Made by a program: the position numbers and the translations under genes
Assembly (NCBI GenBank): GCA_047495785.1
Contig: JBLDXI010000013.1
Span: forward strand, 1,798,001-1,862,000
From: Lepidodermella squamata
Lineage: Eukaryota > Animalia > Gastrotricha
Length of the DNA stretch: 64,000 nucleotides
Direction of reading: 5' to 3'
In this document: positions 28,901 to 40,900 of the stretch, piece by piece
Position numbering within the stretch: the stretch's first letter is position 1
Layout of the letters: each line of letters begins with the position of its first letter
The notes under the pieces: model-generated
Databases searched by the model: none
The model's input: only the letters and a program-made list of their open reading frames with translations
What the model was told of the DNA's origin: nothing

Positions 28901-31900
28901 GGGCGAGGCTGTCCTTGTTGGTGAAGAGCGTGGCTCAGCGGCTTTCGCTCGTAAACTCGTCGACATCGAAGTCAGCGAGGGCGAAACAGCCGCGTTTGAA
29001 TGCGTGACTTCATCCGATGCCAGCAAGGTCATTTGGTTCCGCGGCCAAGAACAGATCCGCGTTTCCACTGACAAGTACGAGATCGTGTCCGAGGGCGCGG
29101 TCCATAAGCTGCTGGTCAAAAACGTGCAGAAATCGTCCGACCAAAGTGTCTACGCCGTTCAAATCGTTGGTGCTACAACTCGGTCAACTGCGAATCTCAT
29201 CGTCTCAGAAATCGCTGTCTCGTTCACCCGTCCGCCGAATTCGATCACAGTTACCGAGTTGCCTAACCGTAACCCGGTTGTGTTTGAGTGCGAGACGAAC
29301 AAGGCTGTTAACAAGCAAAGCCTTGAGTGGCTGCGAAACGGCCGCACGATTTCCGAGGATGGCCTCGGTCGTATTTCGATCGAAGACGACAACAACGATA
29401 AGGTCCATCGGTTGATCCTCCGCGATGTAACCGGCGCCGATGAAGGCGAATATCGGTGCTATTACAAGGGCCGCTACGTCGGCGCTAGGCTCAAAGTTGA
29501 GGTCGCGCCGAAGATCATCTCGCCAAAGGAGGAATACGAATCGAAGCCGCTCGTTGTCAAAGCTGGCGCGTTCAAGTCGGTTGATTTGCAGTATGTCAGC
29601 AACCCGGCTGCTAGCGTGAAATTGCTGCGCGACGGCCGTCAAATGGCTGGAGATCGCCGCTTTGACTTCGACGTTACTCGAGATTCGGCGACTCTATCCA
29701 TCTCAAAGTTGTCGAAGAGCGACTCGGGCCAGTACCAGATCGTTCTTAGCAACGATTTCGGCTCAGACCATCTGTCGTTCAAGCTGCAGGTGCTCGATAA
29801 ACCGGAATCGCCTCGTGACGTTAAGGTGGAACTGATTGATAACACCTCAGTTCGTGTTACGTGGAGGCCATCAGCTGGCGACGGTGGCTCACCCATCTTG
29901 GGCTATTCGATCGACGTGAGAGATATCGGCCATCGCAGCTTCCAATCAGCCGGAAGCGTCGGTGCTAATGAGACGCAGTTTGTGTTGAACAAGCTCAACC
30001 AGCAAGCCAAGTACTTTGTTCAAGTCTCTGCTTTCAACGCGATTGGAGCCAGTGAGCCATGCGAATGCCTCGAGGCCTTCACGCCTCGCTATCCGTTCGA
30101 CACGCCATCTATGCCGAGAAACCTCCACATCAGCGAGATTTTCTCTGACAAGGCCTTGCTAACCTGGGACACGCCTGAATTCGATGGCGGAAGCCCAGTG
30201 ATTGGCTATTGGGTTGAACGCAAGTTGGCGAAGAAGACGGTCTGGACTCGTGTTAACACCTCGATTATCCGCGAGAGGTCGTTCATTCTAACTGGTCTTC
30301 AGGACGGAAACGAATACGATGTCCAGGTTTGCGCTGAAAACGTTGTTGGCGCTGGCCGCTACTCAACTGTTGGAACATTTTTGGCCACGAACCCGTGGAG
30401 CCGCCCGGGCAAACCCGACGGCCTGCGCATTTCCGAGATCAACAGCCATTGGATTTCAATCAAATGGTCCGCCCCGAAGAATGACGGTGGCTCGCCTATC
30501 GATGGTTATATCGTGGAAATTCGTGCTAAAGGTGAATTTTCATGGTACCGCTGCGATGCCAATTTGATTAAGGAAACAAGCTACACGATCAAGGACCTGC
30601 AAGAGGGCGGCGAGTACGATATCCGCATTGCTGCTCAGAACTCGGTTGGCGTCGGTGAATTCGCTCAAACCGCTGTTCCGATCCGCACCTTGTCGCGGTC
30701 TGTCGGCGATCCACCTCAAATTGTCACTGGCATCAAGGACGTTGAGGTCGTTGCTCCGAACCCCGCCGAGTTGTCTTGCACCATGTTCCGCGGCCGTCCA
30801 CCAGCCGAGGTCCATTGGTACCGAGAAAGCGGGGTCAGCGAAGTTCGGGCTGATAATCAGCGCATCGTGATTAAGACTGATGATGATAAGTCAATCTTAG
30901 CTTTCCGCCAGACTGAATTAGCCGACTCGGGTGACTACTCATGCGAAGCGGCTAATATGTATGGCGAGACAATTGCTAGCGGCAAACTTGTGGTGCTTTT
31001 GCCTGCCAAGATCGAAGACGCCTCAAGACGTCCTAACGTTTTCTCGATCAAAGCTGGCTCAGTCTTCCACGTCTGCGTTAACTTCGAGGGCTTCCCTGCT
31101 CCTCGCATCACCTGGATGCATGACAAGTCTAAGAAGATTTTCGCTGGAACCCGCTATGGTATCACCGAAGGAAATGGTTTCACAACTTTGACCATTCGAA
31201 GCGCTGAAATTTCGGACACTGGTAGCTATTCAGTCCATGTTGAGAATTCGGTCGGGCGTGACGAAACTGCGTTCGCCCTGACTGTTGTCGGCCGGCCATC
31301 GAAACCGCTCGACATGAAAGTCACCGATATCGCCGCCGATTTCTTCAACCTAATCTGGAAACGACCAGAATCAGACGGTGGTGCTGACTTGGTGAAATAC
31401 GTCATTGAGCGGCGAGATCCGCCAATGACTGTCTGGCTGCCTGTTGGAACCGTCGCTGCCAATGATCATCTGATCTTTAAGGTGGAAGGCATTCCGACTG
31501 ATCGCGAGACTCGCGTCCGCGTTTGCGCTGAGAACTCGTCCGGAATCCTTGGCGAGTACGCTGAGCTGGTTCACGTGCCTGATGCCGAGAAGATCAGCGA
31601 TGCACCGGGCCTGGTTCAAAATCTCCGCGTGCGCCCGTTCGCCAAACTCGGCGTAACTTTGAGCTGGGACCCGCCGCGCTCAACTGCTGGCACCATCATC
31701 GGCTACAAGGTTGAGAAGCGCGTCATTGGAACACCTTACTGGGCTGAGTTGACTCCTCGCCCGGTCCCATTGACCGAGCTCACCATTCCTGAGCTGGTTC
31801 CGGATAACTCGTACGAATTCCGAGTCGCTGCTGTTAGCACCGCTGGAACTGGTCGCACCGCTATGATCCGTTACTCGTTGCGTGGCGCTGATATCCGCGA

Positions 31901-34900
31901 TGAGGTCAAGATCGTTCGTGGTCTTGAGGACATCGATTGCGTGAAGGGCGATACTATTTTCCTCGAATTCGTCCTATCGCGCTCTCAACTCAACGTGAAA
32001 TGGTTCAAAAACGGCGTGCTGATCGTTCCGGACGGCACCAAATACACTGTTGATTCGACTGTCGATCACTACCGCCTCACGATTCGCGACGTTCAGTCGA
32101 GCGATATCGGCTCGTATGTCGCCGAAGTCATGGGTGAATTGAAGCTGTCGTCGACTGTCTCCTTCGCTGATAAGAAGATCATCTTCACGAAGCCGTTGAC
32201 CGACTTGGTTATCAACGAGTTGCCGTGCAATTCAGTCACCCTGACCTGCGAAACTTCGCACCCGCCTAGCCGCGTTATCTGGTACAAAGATGGGCGTAAT
32301 CTGCAAATGGATCATACCTCGAAATACGAGGCTGAATCTGAAGGCTGCGTTCACTCACTCACCATCCGCAATCTCAATGGTTTAGACGAGGCCAGGTACT
32401 CATGCTCGGTTCGCGCTACAACAATGAGCACAGCTCAGCTGAGTATTCGTGCCAAGCCAAAGTTCCTCTCCGAGAAGAAAGAGGTCGATCTGACCATTCG
32501 AGCTGGAACGGCCTACACCATCGACGTGCCGTTCCTCGCCCATCCGGCTCCAGGGGTATCCTGGGCTCGTGACGGTCTCCCGATCCAAGATAGCCGGAAG
32601 ACCAGAATCGAGACAAGCGGCGAGGGCTCGTCGCTTTCTCTGACTCGCATCGAACGTAGCGACACCGGGTCGTACACCATGACAGCCCGTAACGAGTTCG
32701 GCGCAGAGAAATTCATTGCCAACGTCAAGGTCATTGACACGCCTGGATGCCCTCGCAACATCAAGGTCATCCCGCTGACCCCTGACAGCGTCAGACTGAC
32801 GTGGCAGGAGCCGGAAGACAACGGCGGCCTACCGATTATCAACTACATCATCCGTCACCGTGAAGTGTCATACCGATCATGGCAGACTGACAGCGATACG
32901 GAAACGGCGACTACAACTGTTGTCACCAACTTGCAATCGGAAGGTTCATACGTTTTCCAGATCTTCGCTTGCAACAAGCTGGGCGGAGGCATACCGGGTG
33001 AAACGGTAGAACCAGTTCGCCCGCGCTACCCCTTCGACACGCCGAACGCGCCGACTAACGTGCGTGTCAGCGATGTTTTCGCTGATCGCCTCACCATCGA
33101 ATGGGAGAAACCTGTCGTAGACGGCGGGTCGCCCATCACCGGCTATATTGTTGAAAAGCGAACTCTGGCTAGCTCTGTTTGGAGCCCAGCCTGCTCGAAG
33201 GTCAACGCGAATTCGCGGAAGGCTCTTCTTGAACACCTTCTGGAAGATACTGAGTACGAATTCCGAGTCGCTGCTACTAATCTAGCTGGCCCGGGTAAGT
33301 ATTCGGCGATTTTGAACGCAGTCCCGCGCAATCCTTGGACACCTCCGACCCGTCCTCTCAACACGGTTTTGAAGATGGTCAAGGGCCAAGTTCAGCTGAG
33401 CTGGGACGCCCCGTCCTCCGACGGTGGATCGCCTGTTATCAACTACATCATTGAATGCCGTGAGCGTGGTCCGTCTCTTGTTGGCTGGCATCGCGTTACC
33501 ACCGAGTCGATCACCTCTAACAGCTACAACGTTCGAGAGCTGACATCAAGCACCCACGATTTCCGTGTTTGCGCTGAAAACAAAGTGGGACTTGGCGATT
33601 TCGCTATGTTCCAACCAGATCTGGCTAAGAGTCGCTTCTTGGGCCCAGTTGCTCCGGAAGTTTTGGGTCGCCTGCCGAATATCAACGTGATCCAAGGCCA
33701 ATCAGCCACTTTTGAGGTGGCGGTTGTCTTGGGCGAACCGGCTGCCGATGTCAAATGGACTCGAGGTGGCCGCGAGATCAAGCGCAGTGATAAGTACGAC
33801 GTCCAGTTCGGCTCTGACAACTACTCTCGCCTTATCGTTAAGCAGGCAACTATTGAAGATGCTGGTGAGTATCGCCTTGAACTGTGGAACCCGCATGGCA
33901 GTGCTGGAATTTCTGGCCATTTGACCGTGAAATCGAAGCCGCAACTCGCTAGCGATAGCCAAGTTCTCAGTGATAAAACGGTTAAGCTGGCTGCGAAGGA
34001 AGGCCAGACCGGCATTATCTCAGCCGAATTCACCGGCTTCCCAGCTCCGCGTGTCACTTGGATCTTGAACGGGTGTGAAATCAAGCAAGACCAACGCCGT
34101 CAGATCGAAGTTGGCCAGAACTGGACCCGTCTGCGTTTGTCGAACTGCCATCGATCAACCGATGCTGGCACTTACAGCTTGCTGCTCGAAAACGAAGTCG
34201 GGTCAGATCGCGGCTCTGTTACGCTGAACATCACGAGCCCGCCGTCTGAGCCGACTGAGTTGAAGGTGGTTGAAACTGGCCGCGATTTCATCAACATCGC
34301 ATGGCGGCCACCGGTCGAAAACGGCGGTTGCGACATCAAGCGCTACGTCGTCGAACGTAAGGACACCGTCGGCGGCATCGGCGCCTGGTTCTCAGTCGGC
34401 ACTGTACCCGTAACTGACGCTCAGCAGAAACAGTTTGCGTTCACCCTCTCCAACCTGGTCGAGGGTAACCTGTACCGCATCCGCGTTTTCGCTGAGAACG
34501 AGGTTGGTTGCGGCAGCCCGGTTGAAATCGATCGAGACATCGAAGCGAAACTGCCGTTCGACCCGCCAAGCCAACCTCAATCGGTTGAGATCATCGACGT
34601 TAAACGAGCTTCCGTGGTGCTGGCCTGGTCTGCGCCTAGTCACGATGGCGGTTCGCCTGTTACTGGTTACGTAGTTGAGAAGCGCCAAATCGGTAGCCCG
34701 CAATGGCTCTCGGCAACTCGCCAGGCTATTGTCAAGACCAACACCGTCGAAGTTACTGATTTGCTATCTCAGCGCGAATACCAGTTCCGCATCGCCGCGG
34801 TTAATTCGGCGGGTCAAGGCCGATTTAGCACGGCGACCGACCCCGTAGCGACCAAGGACACCGATGCCGATCTCGAAATCGTGCGAAAACTGGTGGATCT

Positions 34901-37900
34901 CGAGGGTGTTGAAGATGAAACTGTTACCCTTGAGTTTTCGGTCAATCAGCCCGATTTACCAGTTCGTTGGCTTAAGGACAACCTGCCGATCACTGCTAGT
35001 GACCGGTACCGCATTTCCAACATCGGCGGCGCTCATAGCTTGACCATCTCAAAGCTGAGCAAACACGACTCGGGCCAATATTCGTGCACTGTCGGCAGCA
35101 AGACTGTCAGCTGCTACGTCAAAATCACCGCTCAACCGTTGAAGATCGTTCGCCAACTTACTGACGTCACAGTCAAGAAGTTGGGCGGAAAGGCTGAGTT
35201 CGAGTGCGAGTTATCTCGACCCGGCGAATCGGTTGACTGGGTTAAGGACGGTCGATCAGTTTCTAGCAATCTATCGAAGTATATCACGTCCAGTGACGGC
35301 ACTATTCACCGTTTGACGGTGCTGTCGGTCGACGCGCACGATGCTGGTACGTACTGCTGCGTCGCGAAAGGCCGGTCGACGAGCTGCAACCTGTTGCTGC
35401 AAGTCGCCCCGTCAATCGTGACCGACGAGGCTGAGCGCGGTGTTGCGAAGAAGATCAAGGCGAAGGCCGGTGCGCCGCTTTCGGTCGATGTGCCGTACGC
35501 TGCTCATCCGATCCCGAAGGCCAAGTGGCTCTACAACGGCAAGGACATCGCTTCGATCGTTAATGTATCGAAGGAGCAATCTCGCGATGTTTCCAGCTTG
35601 GTCATCAACAACCCACGTCGCGCTACCAACTCCGGTCTATACCGGCTTGAACTGGTCAACGAGTACGGCAAGGCGTCTGCTGATTACGAGGTCAGCATCC
35701 AAGACAAATCAGCCTCTCCAACTGGTTTGATTTGCCACCCAGCCACCCCGAACTCGGTCAATCTGAAGTGGAAACTGCCGGCCGATGACGGTGGTTCTGA
35801 TTTGATTGGCTTTGTCGTCGAGTACCGCGATACGCATCACCGAACTTGGCGCCAGGCTATCACTACTCAGGACCTTGGCCCAATTTCGACCGAATGCACC
35901 GTGACCGATCTACCACCTAGTCGTCAGTACATCTTCCGAGTCGCTGGGCGCAACAGCCTGGGAGTTGGTGATTTCGCTGAGCTGGATAGCCCGATTCTAC
36001 CGCGATTCCCGTTCGACCCGCCAGGTGCGCCTGGTGTGCCGAGGGTCAGCGATATTTCAGCCTCCCACTGCCTGCTGACCTGGGACGCGCCGGTTAACAA
36101 CGGCGGCTCCCCAGTCACTGGCTACCAAATCGAGCGCCGCCAAATCGGAGACGCTCACTGGATCCGGGATAACCGCCAGGGTGCTGTTGCTGCCGAGTCA
36201 TGGGTTGTCCGTAATCTAGCCGAAAAAATGCGCTACGAGTTCCGAGTCGCTGCTGAGAACCGAGCTGGTACCGGCCAATTTTCAGCCGCGTGCGAGCCCA
36301 TCACAGCCAGCGACCCGTGGACCCCACCAGGCAAGCCGCTCTCTCCCCCGGTCGTCTACGAAATTTCATCGAAGTCACTCAAGATCAAATGGCTGCCGCC
36401 AAGTCGTGACGGCGGCGCTCCTGTTACTGGCTACCGTCTGGAGTATCGCACTCGAGGCTCGTCTTGGACTGATATTTCAGGCCAGGTTATCGAAACAACG
36501 TCATACATCTGGCACGAATTCACTGCTGGTGTCGAGTACGAATTCCGCGTTGCTGGCGTCAACAAAGCTGGCCTGGGCGATTTCAGCGACGCAACTGCGC
36601 CGATTTTAGCGGCGGATCTACACGCCGACGCTAAGACGGCCAAGTTCTCGCGCGGACTCAAGTCTGTCTCTCTGAAAGCTGGTTCAACCGCTACTCTGGA
36701 TTGTCAAGTCGAATTCGGAACGCCGAAAGCCATCGCTAAATGGTACAAGGGATCTGTCGAAATTCGCTCGGATGGTCGTAGAGTCGTTGAAGAAAAGTGC
36801 GTATCAATTAATTTTAATTCGATAAAAATTAATTTTTATTTATTTCAGGGGTAACAACTTGTCTTTGACGATAAAAAACACGACTAGCGAAGATACAGGC
36901 CGTTACCGAGTTGAGCTGACCAACGCTGCTGGTTACGTCGAAAGCACCGCTGATTTGACTATTGTCGCCAAGCCTCAACTTGACGTTGAAAACTGGCGCA
37001 AGAAGTACACGTCTGGCAGCGAAAATGTCGTCGTTAAAGTTGGCCGATCCCTGTTGCTGTCGATTGACTTCACCGGCTCACCAACGCCGGCGGTTGTTTG
37101 GACTCGCGGCGGTGTTCGCCTCAGCTCTGGCGGGCGAATTTCTGTCGAAAGTGGCCATACATTCTCGACGTTACGCATCGATGACGTTACGCGAGCCGAC
37201 GCCGGTCGCTACTCCGTTGCAGTCGAAAACCAGGCTGGTGGCGAGACGATCTACGTCGATGTCAAAGTAGTTGGTATGTATTAAAAACCATTAAGGAGGA
37301 CTTTTTTAATCAAATTTTTTACAGATAAACCATCTCTGCCGCAAAATTTGACTGTGACTGAGGTTACGGATTCTACGGCGACTTTGACATGGCAAGCCCC
37401 GGCCGACAACGGTGGGGCCGATCTTACTAGCTATGCTATCGAATATCGTGACGCTAGTCGCAATGTTTGGTTGCATGCTGGTTCCGTGAAGGCGACCGAT
37501 CGCCTCCAGTTCACTGTTCGCCGGTTGTCCGATGACACTGATTACGTCATTCGCGTTTTTGCTGAGAACGACGTCGGTGCCAGTGAACCAGCAACCCTGG
37601 CTCGGCCATTCCACTGCAAAGCCGTAGCCGAATCACTGCCATCTGTCCCAGTCAATTTCACAGTCGATCGTTTGTCTGGCTCTCGCTCTTCGGCCTCGGT
37701 CGAATGGCAGAAACCTACAAGCGATGGAGGCTCGCCAATCATCGGGTATCTGCTGGAGAAGCGGCTGGTTAAATCGCCTCATTGGACTCAGGTCACATCA
37801 GGCCTGATCACGGAAACCAAGGCCGTTATTCCGAACTTGATCCCGGGTAACGAATACGAGTTCCGCGTGACTGCCGTGAATAAGCAAGGCTCAGGCCGTC

Positions 37901-40900
37901 AAAGCGGTGCGTTGAGAATCACGCTGCCTGCTACTACCGAGTCGATACAGCTGACTCGGAAGATGACGGACGCTGTTGTTGAGCTGGGCCACTCGGCTGA
38001 ATTCAGCTTCTGTGTCACCGACACAACTTACACGTCAGCACGCTGGTTCCGCAACGGAACCGCCATTGCTTCTTCAGATCGCTACGCCGCGACCAGCAGC
38101 CAGGGTCAACATTCTCTGCGCATCCATAAGGTCGAACAATCGGACGCTGGAACTTACATGGCTAAGCTGAGTGATGAAATTTCTTATTCGGCTAAGTTGG
38201 TGGTCGACCAGCGTTGCGACATCCGATTCTTGAAGCCGCTTGAAGACAAGGTGGTCAATGAAATCGGAAAACGCCTTGTTCTATCGTGCGAAGCCTCGAG
38301 GACTGACATTGACGCTGATTGGGAGTTGAACGGCCACAGCATTTTCGAGTCGAACAAATACCACATGTCTCGAGAGGGTGGCGAGTTCTTACTCGCAATC
38401 GAATCGGCCGATTTGAGCGATGAAGGCCGTTACTGTTGCATTGTCAACGGCCGTGCTCGCACCGAATGCAATGTTCGCTTCGAAGTCGCGCCTAAGATCC
38501 TGGCCGACTCGTTCAACCGTGAAATCATCGCACGCGCTGGTCGCGAGCTTGTCATTGAAGTGCCTTACATCGCCCGGCCATCTCCCAAGGTCCAGTGGAC
38601 CCAGGACGGTCGCGTGATTGAGGAAAGCCGTAACGTCACCAAACAACTGACTGATTCAGTTGCGATTTTGTCTTTCAACAAAGTGACGAAGCAACACAGC
38701 GGTCATTATCGGGTCAATATTTCGAACTCGCAGGGCAAGGATCACATCGATTTTACGTTGAAGGTGCTCGACCACCCTGATCCACCGCGTAATATCAAGG
38801 TCCACCCTCGCACGCCGCAATCGGTGACTGTTTCCTGGACAGCGCCTTTGAACGATAACGGCGAGTCTGTTTCGAACTACTCGGTCTACTACCGTGATAT
38901 TCACTACCGGACCTGGCATCTAGCTGGCGAGACTTCATCAGCCTCCGAGACTGAGTTCATCGTTACCGGTCTGCTGGCTACGGAGCGCTACTGCTTCCAA
39001 GTAGTTGCTAACAGCAAACTTGGCGCTAGCGAGCCATGTGAAAGCTGGGAGGCCGTGCAACCCCGCTACCCGTTCGAAACACCCGAGGCGCCATCGAACT
39101 TGTCCGCGGACCCGGGCCAGCCCGGCATGCCGCGCATTATGTTGAGGTGGATCAGCCCGATTTTCGACGGCGGTTCGCCTGTGTTGGGCTACCGCATCGA
39201 ACGCAAGCTGGCGTCTGGTGTTCACTGGTCGGCATTGAACAACGGCCAGCGCATTTCGCTGAATGAATATGTCGATACGAATGTTATGGAAGGCGCGACT
39301 TACGACTACCGGGTTTTCGCTGAGAACCAGGCTGGCGCGAGTCGCACAGCCGCAACTGTCGAGGTGCAAGCGGCGGGCGTGCAGACGTCGCCGGCCGGCC
39401 GGTCGGCGGCGCCGCACCACCAGCCGCTGCAAATTTCGCCAAGTATTTCGCGAGTCACTGAAGACAGTGTGACGCTCAGCTGGTCGCACCCTACTACAAC
39501 GCAGTCGAAGATTGAAGGCTACGTCGTTGAGTACCGCGCCGAAGGCAAGTCGACGTGGAGCCGCGTCGCCGGCGACAAGTCCTACATATCGGCGTCCGAG
39601 TACACCGTGTCGGGCCTGTCGTCGAAAACGCTCTACGACTTCCGCGTCGCGCCTGTTCTGAGCCCGCTCGGCGCTATTGGCGATTTCTCCTCGCCCCTGT
39701 TTGGCGTGCGCGCCGGTGACGAGCGCTCGCTCTCCCCACCCACCTTCCTACTACCCCGCGCCGAGGTTTCGGCTGAGGCTGGCGCGCCGGCTAGCCTTGT
39801 CGCTAGCTTCGCGCGCCATCTCGAAGCCGACGCTCGGGTCCGCTGGCTACGCGCCGGTGTCGAACTGACCGAGCTGTCGTCTAGCAACTACTCGATCCGA
39901 ACGCACTCGACCGAATCCGAACTGCAGATTCACAGCGCGAGTGTCGAAGATTCGGGCCGGTACATTTGCCAGATCATCAGCTCGAGCGGCACGGCGACCA
40001 TGTTTGTCGACCTGATCGTCAACTCGGCGCCGAAAATCTTCCGCCAAAGCGACGTCGGCCTCATCGGCGTCGAGAAAGTGCGCGTCGGCGATGCGCTCAA
40101 AGTCGTCGTCTACTTCGGCGGCTTCCCGTCGCCGGTCGTGCGCTGGCACTTCAACGGCATTTCGGTCTTCTCCGATTCGCGACGCCACTTGGAAATCGGA
40201 GACACTTATACGAAACTCACAATTTTCAACGTCGATCACACCGATGCCGGTCTCTACGAAGTCATCCTGCAAAATACCCTAGGCTCGGACTCGTTCCAGC
40301 TGCGCGTTCAGGTCATTGACGTCCCCTCAGCCCCGATCAATCTGCGCGTTTTCAAGCAGACCGACAACTCAGTCGGTCTGTCCTGGGAGGCGCCGATCCG
40401 TGACGGCGGCAGTGAGGTGGAACGGTACATTGTCGAACTGCGCGAGATGGGCTCGTCAGACTGGTTGACAGTCGACACGATTTCTCGGGCAAGCGGCGAG
40501 TTGCGATGCGTACTCCGCCGGCTGAACGAAAATCGCCAGTACGCTGTCAGGGTGTACGCTGAAAACGAATGCGGCGTCGGCACGCCAGCTGAAGTCGCGC
40601 CCGTCGAGCTGGCCACCCCGGTGCAGCCGCCGAGCGCGCCGGCTGTGCTGACCGCCCACGACATCACGTCGCATTCCGTCCTGCTATCGTGGCTGCCACC
40701 TGTTGACGCCGACCCGACTGACGTAGTCGGCTACGTTCTCGAACGCCGCCTCCATGCTAGTCAGATGTGGTCGTCAGTCACCGCGCAAGCAATTTCCAGC
40801 ACGTCGTTCACCGTAACCGACCTGCGCCCGGACTTGCTGTACGATTTCCGCGTTGCGGCGTTGGGCCGCGCCGGCCTCGGCCAGTTCCGCTACTTGTCAC

